From an uncultured Pseudomonadota bacterium (GTDB taxonomy: Bacteria > Oederibacteriota > Muellerivitia > Muellerivitales > Muellerivitaceae): a stretch of 64,000 nucleotides of DNA. The stretch spans positions 64,001 through 128,000 of the forward strand of contig CAWIIP010000001.1 of NCBI GenBank assembly GCA_963836235.1, written 5' to 3'. Positions 19,409 to 30,391 of this stretch are shown here, in pieces (position 1 is the first letter of the stretch; each line of letters starts with the position of its first letter). A model generated the notes under the pieces. The model did no database searches. It worked only from the letters and a program-made list of their open reading frames with translations, and was not told where the DNA came from. Made by a program: the position numbers and the translations under genes.

Positions 19409-21859
19409 ATGTTCGAAAGATTCACCGAACGAGCTAAAAAAGTCATTAACCCATTGGCGAAGGAAGAAGCCCGCCGACTGAACCACAATTTTATAGGAAC
19501 CGAACATCTTTTGTTGGGTCTCATTCGTGAAGGCGGCGGAGTCGCCGTTGCCGTTTTGGAATCCTTGGGTGTGGACTTGGAATCCGTTCGGATTGAAGTG
19601 GAAAATCTAACAACACCTTCCTCAGATACCTTAACCATCGGTGACCCTCAATTTACCCCCTCGGCCAAAAAGGTATTGGAATTGGCTGCCGAGGAATCCC
19701 AGAAATTGGGCCACAACTATATTGGTACCGAGCATTTGTTGCTAGGACTGATCCAGGAAGGAGAGGGCGTGGCTGCCCGCGCCTTGGAAAACCTGGGTGT
19801 TACCTATGAGAAGTCCCGCGACATGGTCATTAACCTTTTAGGCGGAACCTTTCCGAAATTTTCAAAACAAGTCAAAAAATCCAAGACTCCGGCTCTCGAC
19901 ACTTTTGGCAGGGATTTGACCCAAATGGCTAAAGATGGAAAACTGGACCCGGTCATAGGTCGTGAGGATGAAATCGAACGGGTGATCCAAATTCTTTCCC
20001 GCCGCACAAAGAATAACCCGGTGCTCATTGGGGAACCGGGTGTAGGGAAAACGGCCATTGCTGAAGGCTTGGCGCAACGGATTAAGGAAGGTAATGTTCC
20101 CGAATTGCTACTAGATAAACGCATTGTGACCTTGGATTTGGCGGCCCTCGTGGCCGGGACCAAATACCGTGGGGAATTCGAAGAACGGTTGAAGGCCGTC
20201 ATTAACGAAATCCGCCAATCGGGGAAAGTCGTTCTTTTCGTGGATGAGCTTCATACATTAGTAGGAGCGGGCGCCGCCGAGGGAGCCATTGACGCCTCCA
20301 ATATGTTGAAGCCTGCTTTGGCCCGTGGGGAATTGCAATGCATCGGAGCCACGACCCTCAATGAATATCGAAAATACATCGAGAAGGATGGCGCCTTGGA
20401 GCGCCGTTTTCAAATGATTATGGTCGATGAGCCCTCGGTAGACGAAACTATCCAAATTATTAAGGGTTTGAGGGACCGCTATGAAGCCCATCACCGCGTG
20501 CGTATTACGGATGATGCCATTGTGGCCTCGGCCCAATTGTCCCATCGTTACATCTCCGGCAGATTTCTTCCGGATAAGGCTATTGATTTGATCGATGAAG
20601 CGGGAAGCCGTACACGACTTCGCATAACGACCATGCCTCCTGAAATTCGAACTTTAGACAAAGAAGTGGAAAAGATTAAGCAAGAGAAGGAAGAAGCTAT
20701 CAAGACCCAGGAGTTTGAAAGGGCGGCAGATTTGCGCGATAAAATGAAAAAAATGCGCCAAAAGCTGCAGGAAGAAAAAGAAAAATGGGAAAACATGAAA
20801 TCCAAGGAAGAGGCGGTTGTTACTTGGGAAGACATTGCTTATGTCGCCTCCAAGTGGACGGGAATTCCCATGATCAAGCTGGGTGAAAAGGAAAGCGAGA
20901 AGCTTTTGCGCATGGAAGAAGAGCTCCATAAGCGCGTGGTGGGACAGGAAGAGGCTATCGTGGCCGTTTCCAAAGCCATTCGCCGCAGCAGGGCCGGGAT
21001 CGGAAATCCCAAAAAACCGATTGGAAGTTTTATGTTTATGGGACCGACGGGTGTTGGAAAGACCGAATTGGCCCGGGCTTTGGCTCAGTTCCTTTTTGAT
21101 GACGAGGATGCTTTGATTCGTTTTGACATGAGCGAATACATGGAAAAATTCAACGTGTCGCGTCTGGCGGGAGCTCCACCGGGATACGTGGGACACGACG
21201 AGGGCGGCCAATTGACCGAGAAGGTTCGGCGGAAACCCTATAGCGTGGTTCTTTTTGACGAGATTGAAAAGGCCCATCCGGAAATCTTTAATGTCATGTT
21301 ACAAATCTTAGAGGACGGGCGTTTGACCGACAGTTTGGGACGGGTGGTGGATTTCCGCAACACGGTTGTCATCATGACCAGCAACCTAGGCGCAAGGGAA
21401 ATGGGGATTGAAAGGAATCTTGGTTTCAACCCCGATGGCGCTGAAATGTCCTTTGAAAGCATGAAAACAAAAATCCAATCCGAATTGAAGAAAGCCTTTA
21501 ATCCGGAATTTCTGAACCGGGTGGATGACATCATTGTTTTCCATCCTCTGGAAAAGTCCCACATTGAAAAGATCGTGGACATACAACTTGAGGACGTTCA
21601 GAAACGTCTAAAAGACAAGAGCATCACACTGGCGCTCGAAGCCTCGGCCCGGGATTTTCTGATCGAAAAGGGTTACGACAAGGTCTATGGCGCTCGCCAG
21701 ATGAAGCGATCGATTCAAAAATATGTGGAGGACGCTTTGGCCGAGGAACTATTGCGCGGAAACATTAAAGAAGGTGCCAGCGTTGTTTTGAAGTCGGCTG
21801 GCGACAAATTAGAGTTCGTTTCCGGCGAGGTTAGGCCTGCGTCTGCCGCTACCGTTTGA
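19409..21859 (+). CDS. clpC: ATP-dependent Clp protease ATPase ClpC
   Basis: ATG at 19409 after AAGGAG (MFERFT). Two N-terminal repeats, two AAA+ modules and a UVR middle domain. Confidence 0.96.
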   Translation: MFERFTERAKKVINPLAKEEARRLNHNFIGTEHLLLGLIREGGGVAVAVLESLGVDLESVRIEVENLTTPSSDTLTIGDPQFTPSAKKVLELAAEESQKLGHNYIGTEHLLLGLIQEGEGVAARALENLGVTYEKSRDMVINLLGGTFPKFSKQVKKSKTPALDTFGRDLTQMAKDGKLDPVIGREDEIERVIQILSRRTKNNPVLIGEPGVGKTAIAEGLAQRIKEGNVPELLLDKRIVTLDLAALVAGTKYRGEFEERLKAVINEIRQSGKVVLFVDELHTLVGAGAAEGAIDASNMLKPALARGELQCIGATTLNEYRKYIEKDGALERRFQMIMVDEPSVDETIQIIKGLRDRYEAHHRVRITDDAIVASAQLSHRYISGRFLPDKAIDLIDEAGSRTRLRITTMPPEIRTLDKEVEKIKQEKEEAIKTQEFERAADLRDKMKKMRQKLQEEKEKWENMKSKEEAVVTWEDIAYVASKWTGIPMIKLGEKESEKLLRMEEELHKRVVGQEEAIVAVSKAIRRSRAGIGNPKKPIGSFMFMGPTGVGKTELARALAQFLFDDEDALIRFDMSEYMEKFNVSRLAGAPPGYVGHDEGGQLTEKVRRKPYSVVLFDEIEKAHPEIFNVMLQILEDGRLTDSLGRVVDFRNTVVIMTSNLGAREMGIERNLGFNPDGAEMSFESMKTKIQSELKKAFNPEFLNRVDDIIVFHPLEKSHIEKIVDIQLEDVQKRLKDKSITLALEASARDFLIEKGYDKVYGARQMKRSIQKYVEDALAEELLRGNIKEGASVVLKSAGDKLEFVSGEVRPASAATV

Positions 21860-21872
21860 AACGAGGTAGGGC

Positions 21873-24800
21873 ATGAAAGCGAAGCCTGAAGCCGATTCCG
21901 GCTTCGTAAAGGCGACGCCGGACAATAGGGATAAGCCGAGAAAATTTCAGCGACTTCGCTGGGTTCTCTTGATCATGGCGATTTTAACCGGGGCTTTTTT
22001 GTTCTTTCAATACCGGATCGTCGATACCCAACTCCGGCCGATCATTGAAAAGCAGTTGGCCCAGGCCGTTCATTCTCCTGTATCCATCGGTTCGGTCAGG
22101 GCCGGGCTTACCGGCAATGTGGTTTTGAACCATGTTTCCCTAATGGTTCCCGGATCCCCTTGGGAAAGTCGGTTGGTCGTCGAACAAATTTCGGTCAGTG
22201 TTGACCTGTTCAGTCTGTTATTCCACCGAAAACCCCTGGAAGATTGTTTTGAAAGCTTGTTTTTTCTCCATCCCGATATTGTTTTGGTGAAAAATATAAC
22301 ATCTCCGGTCCCGTTAGCCGGTCTTTCCGGATCAGCGACCGTCGTTGCTCCAGCGGTGACCGTCCCCATTCCAGTATTTCCTGTTCCCAAAATTTCAGTT
22401 CGGGAAGGCTCTTTTTCAATCCAGGCGGAGAAAACGCCCCGTGAGGTTCTACATGGCTTAAACTTTAGCGCAGCCACCGATAATGGCGCCATCTGGGGAC
22501 TTTCGCTCTTGGCCCATTCTCCTGAAGCTGGAAGCCAGGGAATCGTCCAATTTGATGGCAGCCTTCGATTGGAAGATTTGAGAGTGAGAGGGGTTACGAA
22601 ATTACACCAGTGGCCCCTTGCCTCCACCAGTTCGACTTTAAAAGATACTACCGGGTGGGAATTATCTTCGGGGACAATCGATATGGAATCGCCGGTAGTC
22701 CTCCAACCAGGCCGGCCCATTTGGTTTGACGCCAAAGCGGACTTGTCTCAAGCAGTCCTTAAATCACCTAATCCCGTTGGGGTTACTTTCGCACAAATCA
22801 CCGGCCGGGCCATGATTCGCCCTAATGAGGTGACAGTTCCGGGTGAAATCAAGTTCCAGGTTGGGGAAACCCCTTGGCGTGCCTCAGGTCTTATCCCTTT
22901 TGATGGCCGTCCTCTTTCCGTCCGTACTTCCACAGATGAATTATTTCTCTCAAGCGTTTTTGAGGATATTTTGAAGTTAAAAGACATGAAAGCGGGTGGA
23001 AAAGGTTCCGCCACGCTATCGGTTGCCGGGACTTTTTCAAATCCCATTATCGATGGAACGGCCCAATTGGGTCCTTCCAGCGTAGGGGATTGGCAGTTGG
23101 ATTCCTTAAGTCTGAAAGCGGGCTACGAAAACGGGCAGTTTCAATTGAAAGAAGCGGACGGACAACTCTACGAAGGAACTTTGACGGCCAATGGATTCTT
23201 GGCCTTATCGGGACAACCCGACGCTCCCGTATCACTCAATGTAAACCTGGTAAATGTTGAGGCTGAAAAAGTCGCATCGACTTTAGGAATATCGGGAACC
23301 GAAGGTCGGATTGATCAGGAAGTCCACATTGGTGGATCGATGGAAAAACCGATTATTTCTTCTAGTGGCCAGATGGAGTTGGCTCGTACTTTGAGGAACA
23401 CCCTCTTCCATTACTCCATTCGCAATAACGTTCAAATGAAAGATCAAAAACTCCAAATTTCGGCCACCATAAATGATAAATCCCGTTTGGAAGGTCTTTT
23501 TGATGAAAAAACAGACTATTGGGAGCTTCAAAAGTTTTCGATTATGGCTGGGAAAAAAATCGTAAAACTGGTTGGAACCGGCGTTTTGCCTAAATCAGAT
23601 GATAAACCCATGCAAATTGAGGTTTCTGGAAAGGATATACCCATCGAGAATCTGCCTTTCTTTAACGACCAGTTTCAAGATATTACCGGAAAGGTAAATT
23701 TAGATTTCCAGGCCTCCGGCACTCGAAAGGAACCCCGAGAATTAGTTCATCTTGTCTCTGATGCGGTAACTATAAAAACCATCAGTGACGAGTCAACGTC
23801 CGCGGAGGTTGAGTCTTATTCTTTAGAGGCCTTGCTGTCCTGGGAACCTGATGAAGTAAAATTTCAAAAATTAACAATCGGAGATCCCTCCAATGAAATA
23901 TTTTCAGCTGTTGGATATCTTGGACGAAAGCCGGAATCATCAAATGACCTAAAAGTCACAGCCAATGGGTTTCCTATCCAGCATATTGCTGAAATCACCC
24001 AATGGAATAATCCACCTCAACCTTTTGAGGGGTCGGTCACGGGGCATATGCATATTTCCGGTTCGGCCGACAACCCAATCGTGGAGGGAGATGATATTGG
24101 GATTGAAGATTTGAAAGTTGGGGATTGGCATGCCGCAAAAGTGGCGGCTTCCTTGAACATGGAAGATGGAAAACTCCATTTCAAAAAGTTAAAACTAGAT
24201 CAAGGATTGGGTTTCCTTGCCGCTAGCGGCTCATGGGATACGAAGGCTCAGCCCGGGATATTGACACTTCGGTTTTCGATGACCGAATTTCAGTTGGGGA
24301 GCGGACCTTATCTTTCCGGCGATTTTCTTTTGGATGCGAAAACCACCGGAGATCCCTTCTGGCAAAACTGGAATGGCAACTTTTCGACCACCGCATTCGA
24401 TTTGAGGGATTTAAAAAACAAAACCTATCATTTTAATAATTTTTCCATGGCGGCCGTTTTTGCCGACATGGTGTTAAAAGGAAGATTAACGCTGGGTAAA
24501 GCCATTGATGGATCGGCAATTTTGGACCTATCCGGAACGGTTCCCACCGTCCAAGCGGATTTGAAAATACAACCATCCCTGCTTTCGGAAGTGCCCGAAC
24601 TTATCCAGTTTTTACCCCCCTCCTTAAAAGTTGCGGGGTACATTTCGGGAGGCATAAAACTGAAACAAGGGACCTTAGAAGAACTTCCGATAGAGGGGTC
24701 TGTGTCTGTTACAAATGGAAAAATTCAAAAGTATAGCTTTGACCGCATGGGGTTCAACTTTAATGGTGGAAAGACGAAGGTTTCTTCCAGTTTCACGCTG

Positions 24801-27779
24801 GCGCGAGGCGAGGCTAGTTATAATCTCGCCGGGACTCTTGAATCGGCTCGAGCCATTTGGGATCCAGACAGCAAGATTGATGTTAATGGGCCTGTTGAAA
24901 AGGAAAAACTTCAAAATATTCTCGCTCTTTTGGGAATTGATACTGAAAAGCATAAAGTTGGAGGCGAGGTCAATGGAAATTTGTCCATTACCGGACTTTT
25001 AGCCAGCCCCGTTGTTGGCTTTTCAGTTACGGGACAAAATTTAAGATACGACAATAATATCTTTCCTTCGGCTGAATTGCATTTTTCGGCCGCCGATGGA
25101 AAAATTAATTTGGAAAAAAACAAGATAACGTTGCCAAAAGGCCAAGTAAATATTGACAGCGGAAACGCCTACTTGGACCCAAAGGATTCAACCGTTGTTG
25201 TGATGGACCTGCGGGGATCCACCCAAAATTTGCCTATCGCTGTTTTTGACCTGACAAGTCAAATCCATTTATCCGGTCGTCTAGCGCTTGAAGAAAAAGA
25301 AACGCGCCCAACTTTTGATGGGCTTCTTTCTATCATCGAATCGGGGCAGGATCCCAAAAACATCGTTCCTTTTGACTTGGCTTTAGGTGTTCATAACAAA
25401 ATAATTGATTTCAAACCTTTAGACAGCACCGAAGCCCAGTTAGTGGGTCGGTTAGACCTTTCCGAGGATGGGAAAATCATTTTTAAGGATTTGCACCTTT
25501 TGAATACCGTCGGTTCTTTTACCGTTGACGGAACTTTAGATTTCAATGGACCCTGCCAATTAGTTTCAGACGCGAAAGATGTACCGATTCAAGAAGTTTG
25601 GAAATGGATTTTCCCCAAGTTTCCATTGAGCGGAACCGGCAATTACCATCTTATTTTAAATGGAACATTGGATGATCCGTTGTTTACCAATTCTATCTCC
25701 GTCTCCAATGGAAAAGTTGGTGACCTGAATTTTGACCTTTTGAATGGTGAAATAAAATCCCATGATAACACCCTTTACTTTGGGACTAAGGACAGTCCGC
25801 TTATGCTAAGCCGGAAGGGGCAATTTACCTTCACCGTGGGAGGCAAAATGCCATTTGCCATGACCACGGCTAGTTGGCTTAAAGTTCAAAATCACGAAAT
25901 GGACATTACAGCCAATATGGATCAAGGCGATTTTGGCATCATTCTTCTGGCGGGTTTTGCGAAACAGGCGTCGGGTAGTATGGATTTTTCAGCCCATGTT
26001 GGGGGAACACTTGATAATCCAAATGTCATCAGCATGGACCTGGATTTAAATAAATGTCGGTTGGTTCCTGAGATTGTGGCGCAATCAATTGAGGATATCA
26101 GTGGACGAATTAAGATTCGGAACAACCACTTAGGTGTTGAGGACCTTAATGGACGAATTGGACAAGGCCGCGTTTTTATCACTTCGGATCCTGTTGAAAA
26201 AAGCAAAATGGTTCTGGAAAATTTTATCCCCCAATATTTGGATTTTCACGTTCGAACGGTTGGGGATCATGGCTTATGGCTTAGCATTCCAACTATTATG
26301 AAAAAAGGAGAATGGGGTGAAATTTATTTTTATGGTTCCAGCCCCGATGATGACATGCTTGTCAAGGGGTCGTTGGAAGAGCCTCATGTCATTGGAACGG
26401 CTTTTTTGGATACAGGCCATTTTACCTTTCCGCCGGAACCGGCGGTTGATGAACATGGGAAACCAATCGAGTACCGGGAATTGGCTGGAGTTTATTTTCA
26501 GTTAAAACTGAAAGCCGGAAAAAACACTTGGTATTCCAATGACTTTGATACTCAATATTTGGAGTTGAAGGTTGATCCCGGTGATGAAATTTCCATTGAG
26601 GGAAAAGACGCTGATCGTACACTCGAGGAAGCAGGAATCAAGTGTGTTGGTGAGGCTGGGTCCAAGCAAGGCTGGCTCCGGTATTTGGGACATGAGTTTC
26701 AATTGGAGGAGGCGACTCTCCATATTCCAAAAGGGAAACCCCCCATTATGCAGGGGCGTGCGACAGATCGTCTTAGGGGAATTGAAGTTCCGTCGGCAGG
26801 AGGGGTTCAGAAGACCGACATGGATATATGGGTTGATTTCAACGGATCTTTTGGAAAAATCGACTTTACCCTTGATTCAAACCCTCGATTCAGCATGACT
26901 GATAAGGACATACAACAAAAGTTATTACTTTCTTATATCATGTTTGGCCGTGACATGACCGGGTATACAAGTCAACAGCTGCAACAGTATTTTCAGCAAA
27001 ATAACGGTCAAGTGGTCAGCGATTCTCTTCTCGAGACATTCGATCGTATTTCATCAAGTCAAGCCACACAGTTACTGAGGCCATTAGGGCAAAAGCTTGG
27101 TGGAATTGATATGACGGTCGACGCCAATCTCGGTAGCGCTCTTTACGGTAGTAATCAAAATAATTCTTCAGTTACCACAACGGGCGGAGTATCCCAAGTT
27201 GTTCCGGTGGGCCAGGCTAATAATGTAGTAGGAGCGACTGTTCCGTTGGTCCAGGTTAAGATTATCAAACCGCTTGATAGTAAGCTTTCAATTTTAGCCG
27301 TTCCAGGAGTTAACCGGGATTCTTTGACGGGAATTGCTGGCCTGCAGGGACAATTTGGTCTTCAGTACGATTTGTCCCGTAATTTGAACCTCAACGCAAC
27401 CACGGGTGCAAATGATATTGGTCAGCAGGAAACAAAAGTTGGATTTGAACTTCACCAATCTTTGCCTGATATTATGAGTCCGAAAAAGGGCGACACAGTC
27501 AAACCTCATTTTGAAAGAACCGACGCTTACACCATTGGAACTGGCAAATATCAGCTTATCTGGGTCACGGATAAAGTAACGAGGAGCGAAGTAAAGATAG
27601 TGGATGAAAATGGGCAGGTGGTTCAAGATGTTTCTGAAAATACTGAACACGAATACGACCATCAGATGATTGTGGATAAACTAAATCCAGCCGCAGACTA
27701 CAAGGTTGAAATCTTGGTCAAGGATTTAAACGAAAACGAAAACGAAGCTATTTTAAAGATTTCCGCTTCAGAAGATTAA
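21873..27779 (+). CDS. tamB: TamB/AsmA-like periplasmic beta-taco protein with a C-terminal FN3-like extension
   Basis: N-terminal TM anchor, about 1900 aa of repeating beta-rich units (GTLDNP/GSLEEP), a DUF490-like end (FTLDSNP...IQQKLLLSY); directly upstream of bamA. Confidence 0.8.
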   Translation: MKAKPEADSGFVKATPDNRDKPRKFQRLRWVLLIMAILTGAFLFFQYRIVDTQLRPIIEKQLAQAVHSPVSIGSVRAGLTGNVVLNHVSLMVPGSPWESRLVVEQISVSVDLFSLLFHRKPLEDCFESLFFLHPDIVLVKNITSPVPLAGLSGSATVVAPAVTVPIPVFPVPKISVREGSFSIQAEKTPREVLHGLNFSAATDNGAIWGLSLLAHSPEAGSQGIVQFDGSLRLEDLRVRGVTKLHQWPLASTSSTLKDTTGWELSSGTIDMESPVVLQPGRPIWFDAKADLSQAVLKSPNPVGVTFAQITGRAMIRPNEVTVPGEIKFQVGETPWRASGLIPFDGRPLSVRTSTDELFLSSVFEDILKLKDMKAGGKGSATLSVAGTFSNPIIDGTAQLGPSSVGDWQLDSLSLKAGYENGQFQLKEADGQLYEGTLTANGFLALSGQPDAPVSLNVNLVNVEAEKVASTLGISGTEGRIDQEVHIGGSMEKPIISSSGQMELARTLRNTLFHYSIRNNVQMKDQKLQISATINDKSRLEGLFDEKTDYWELQKFSIMAGKKIVKLVGTGVLPKSDDKPMQIEVSGKDIPIENLPFFNDQFQDITGKVNLDFQASGTRKEPRELVHLVSDAVTIKTISDESTSAEVESYSLEALLSWEPDEVKFQKLTIGDPSNEIFSAVGYLGRKPESSNDLKVTANGFPIQHIAEITQWNNPPQPFEGSVTGHMHISGSADNPIVEGDDIGIEDLKVGDWHAAKVAASLNMEDGKLHFKKLKLDQGLGFLAASGSWDTKAQPGILTLRFSMTEFQLGSGPYLSGDFLLDAKTTGDPFWQNWNGNFSTTAFDLRDLKNKTYHFNNFSMAAVFADMVLKGRLTLGKAIDGSAILDLSGTVPTVQADLKIQPSLLSEVPELIQFLPPSLKVAGYISGGIKLKQGTLEELPIEGSVSVTNGKIQKYSFDRMGFNFNGGKTKVSSSFTLARGEASYNLAGTLESARAIWDPDSKIDVNGPVEKEKLQNILALLGIDTEKHKVGGEVNGNLSITGLLASPVVGFSVTGQNLRYDNNIFPSAELHFSAADGKINLEKNKITLPKGQVNIDSGNAYLDPKDSTVVVMDLRGSTQNLPIAVFDLTSQIHLSGRLALEEKETRPTFDGLLSIIESGQDPKNIVPFDLALGVHNKIIDFKPLDSTEAQLVGRLDLSEDGKIIFKDLHLLNTVGSFTVDGTLDFNGPCQLVSDAKDVPIQEVWKWIFPKFPLSGTGNYHLILNGTLDDPLFTNSISVSNGKVGDLNFDLLNGEIKSHDNTLYFGTKDSPLMLSRKGQFTFTVGGKMPFAMTTASWLKVQNHEMDITANMDQGDFGIILLAGFAKQASGSMDFSAHVGGTLDNPNVISMDLDLNKCRLVPEIVAQSIEDISGRIKIRNNHLGVEDLNGRIGQGRVFITSDPVEKSKMVLENFIPQYLDFHVRTVGDHGLWLSIPTIMKKGEWGEIYFYGSSPDDDMLVKGSLEEPHVIGTAFLDTGHFTFPPEPAVDEHGKPIEYRELAGVYFQLKLKAGKNTWYSNDFDTQYLELKVDPGDEISIEGKDADRTLEEAGIKCVGEAGSKQGWLRYLGHEFQLEEATLHIPKGKPPIMQGRATDRLRGIEVPSAGGVQKTDMDIWVDFNGSFGKIDFTLDSNPRFSMTDKDIQQKLLLSYIMFGRDMTGYTSQQLQQYFQQNNGQVVSDSLLETFDRISSSQATQLLRPLGQKLGGIDMTVDANLGSALYGSNQNNSSVTTTGGVSQVVPVGQANNVVGATVPLVQVKIIKPLDSKLSILAVPGVNRDSLTGIAGLQGQFGLQYDLSRNLNLNATTGANDIGQQETKVGFELHQSLPDIMSPKKGDTVKPHFERTDAYTIGTGKYQLIWVTDKVTRSEVKIVDENGQVVQDVSENTEHEYDHQMIVDKLNPAADYKVEILVKDLNENENEAILKISASED

Positions 27780-27925
27780 ACTTTAGTTGGATTGAATCTC
27801 GTATAAAATTTCTAATAAAAATAACCCTTCCTGTTCTCTGAAAACGTCTATAAATCAGACAAATGCCGCCTTGAAAGTGGCTCTCAGAAATCTTATTTCA
27901 TCCAAGACCTTTGTTTAAGTATCAT

Positions 27926-27954
27926 TTGCTGATTCCCGTGGGGCCTGCTAGAAT
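27926..27954 (+). promoter_or_regulatory. Sigma70 promoter upstream of bamA
   Basis: TTGCTG-17-TAGAAT with an extended -10 TG. Confidence 0.5.
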
Positions 27955-27997
27955 GCGCGTCTTTGCATGGCTTTTTGACGGCATTTAGATCCGATTA

Positions 27998-30364
27998 GTG
28001 AATGTTTTGTCTATTTCAGAAGTGAAAGGTTTGTTTTTGCGACGCTTTAAATCAACTCCGTTTTTTCTCGGCTTAAGCCTAGCTTTTGCATTCACTTTTT
28101 GTCTCTTTTGTGCCGGTTCTTTACGAGCACAGGATGACGCCGAAACCGCCAAAATATCCGCTCTTAAAATCGAAGGAAACAAAAACGTCTCCAGTTTAAT
28201 TATTTACGGACATATACAAGAGAAGGAGGGCGATGTCTTCTCTTTGCGTCGTGTTCGAATGGATATTCATAATCTTTTTTCCATGGGTGATTTTAAAAAT
28301 GTGAAAGTGGAAGCTTTACCGGGTGAAAAGGCAAATCAAATCATACTGATTTTTAAAGTCGAGGAACGGTCAATTATCGGCAAGATGGTTTTTAGGGGAA
28401 ACAAAAAATGGGAAGCGAAAAAATTCCTTGAGGAAATGAAGCTGGCTCCCAAAGCCGCCTTCAATCAGGCGAAATTAAACGACGATTTGGCTGCCATCAA
28501 AAAGCTTTATATGGATGAAGGTTATTCAAACGTCCTTGTCCAATCCCAAATTAAGTCTGGAGCGCAGGAAAACACGATCGACCTTATCATTGAAATTACA
28601 GAAGGGTTTCAAATTAAAGTTGGCGGTGTTGACGTTATTGGCGCCCAGGCTTTCAGCGGTAATAAAGTGGCTGATCAAATGAAGGAAAACAAAAAAGGGG
28701 AAAAATACAAACCCGATGTTTTAAATGACGACATGAAAGCCATTGAGGAATTTTATCACGATGAGGGGTACTTAAAAGCGGTCGTTTTGGATCATGAGGA
28801 AAAAGTAAATGAACAAAAGAAAAGAGTTTATCTGACAATCACGGTAAAAGAAGGCGTTAGGTACACCTTGGGAGACTTAAAAATAACCGGTAACATCCTC
28901 TTGGATGATTCGGAACTTTTAAAAGCTTTTGGCTTGAAAAAGGGAAACCTTTTGAGAAAGAAGGATCTGGACGAGGGAACGCGTAACATGAGGTCAATGT
29001 ATGCCGACCGGGGTTACATTTATTCAAACATTAATCCTGTAATGACCTACGATGATGATCTTAAAAAAGCTGATATTACTTTTGAGGTGACGGAGGGACA
29101 GGTTGCTTATATCCAAGATATTAAAATTGTTGGAAATTATAAAACTCAGGATTATGTCATTCGCCGGGAACTGGAAATCAAAGCAGGGGACAAGTTTGAG
29201 GCCGCTAAGATTAAGTTGTCCATACAAAACCTTATGAATTTGGGGTTTTTCGAGGAAGTTAATCCGGATGTTGAACCAGGCGATGGTCCGGGGAAGGAAA
29301 TCCTTGTTTTCAAAGTGAAAGAACGAAAAACCGGATCGATTAGTGTGGGTGGTGGGTATAGTTCCGTGGATGGTTTCGTGGGAAATGTTAAGTTGGAGGA
29401 AGGGAACCTATTCGGAAAAGGACAAAAAGCAACTTTGGATATTGAATTTGGGGCTTCACGCACAAGCTTTAGTGTCGGCTTTACCGAACCCTGGCTTTTC
29501 AATACGAGAACCTCGCTGAGTATTAATCTTTTTGACACAACTCGAATTTTCACTACGGCGGTTTTGAATCCAGATGGTACCAACAATTTTTACACCGAAA
29601 CCGAAATCGGAGGTACGGTTAGCTTGGGTCGGCGTTTGAGCCGATATTGGAGTCTATACGGTTCTTATACGCTACAAAATGTTGATGTTTATAACGTTGA
29701 TTCCTATTACGCCACTATCGGCAGCCCGCAATATATCGCTGCGACAGATTCGACCACCAGTAGTGTCACTCCCCGAATTGTTTATGACAGTAGGGACAAT
29801 TATTTTGATACCACATCTGGTTGGAAACACCAGCTTTCCATAGAGTTTGCGGGTGGGCCCCTAGGATTTGACAATAACTTCGTAAAAGCCATAGAAGACA
29901 GCAGTCATTTTATTCCCCTGCCCGCGGGTTTTGTGATCGGAGAACATGTTCGTTTAGGCGCGGGACAGGGTTATTGGTTTGCAGGAAGGGGATATTCCGA
30001 TTTGCCCCTCTACGAAAAATTTTTTGCGGGTGGTACGGACACTATCCGGGGTTATAACGAAAGAAGCGTCGGCCCTGTCGCTGGTGGGAACGCCCTTTTT
30101 GTCTCTAACACGGAACTCAAGCACCCTATTGTGGGCCCGCTTCGTGGCGTTGTTTTCTTTGACGCAGGAGACGCCTGGACAAATATTTGGAATACGGATG
30201 AATCGCATGTCCAATATGGGGCAGGAGTGGGGCTGCGATTAACGATTCCCGGAACGATTATGGATATACGTCTTGACTATGGTTGGCCCATTCATTCGGA
30301 TTTGTCTTCGGAGGCTGCGCCACCAGGCGGTGTACTGCATTTTAACTTGGGGAATCTCTTTTAA
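27998..30364 (+). CDS. bamA: Outer membrane protein assembly factor BamA
   Basis: Five POTRA-like repeats, TQDYVIRRE, NLFGKGQ, TIRGY lid motif, C-terminal FNLGNLF. Confidence 0.95.
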   Translation: MNVLSISEVKGLFLRRFKSTPFFLGLSLAFAFTFCLFCAGSLRAQDDAETAKISALKIEGNKNVSSLIIYGHIQEKEGDVFSLRRVRMDIHNLFSMGDFKNVKVEALPGEKANQIILIFKVEERSIIGKMVFRGNKKWEAKKFLEEMKLAPKAAFNQAKLNDDLAAIKKLYMDEGYSNVLVQSQIKSGAQENTIDLIIEITEGFQIKVGGVDVIGAQAFSGNKVADQMKENKKGEKYKPDVLNDDMKAIEEFYHDEGYLKAVVLDHEEKVNEQKKRVYLTITVKEGVRYTLGDLKITGNILLDDSELLKAFGLKKGNLLRKKDLDEGTRNMRSMYADRGYIYSNINPVMTYDDDLKKADITFEVTEGQVAYIQDIKIVGNYKTQDYVIRRELEIKAGDKFEAAKIKLSIQNLMNLGFFEEVNPDVEPGDGPGKEILVFKVKERKTGSISVGGGYSSVDGFVGNVKLEEGNLFGKGQKATLDIEFGASRTSFSVGFTEPWLFNTRTSLSINLFDTTRIFTTAVLNPDGTNNFYTETEIGGTVSLGRRLSRYWSLYGSYTLQNVDVYNVDSYYATIGSPQYIAATDSTTSSVTPRIVYDSRDNYFDTTSGWKHQLSIEFAGGPLGFDNNFVKAIEDSSHFIPLPAGFVIGEHVRLGAGQGYWFAGRGYSDLPLYEKFFAGGTDTIRGYNERSVGPVAGGNALFVSNTELKHPIVGPLRGVVFFDAGDAWTNIWNTDESHVQYGAGVGLRLTIPGTIMDIRLDYGWPIHSDLSSEAAPPGGVLHFNLGNLF

Positions 30365-30391
30365 GTTCCATTCAATTTCTTGATATTGAGT

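Noticed and set aside
21873-30364. Lower GC across tamB-bamA than in the first 13 kb
   Set aside because: Core genes in conserved order, gradual shift, no boundaries or integrase; not evidence of an island.
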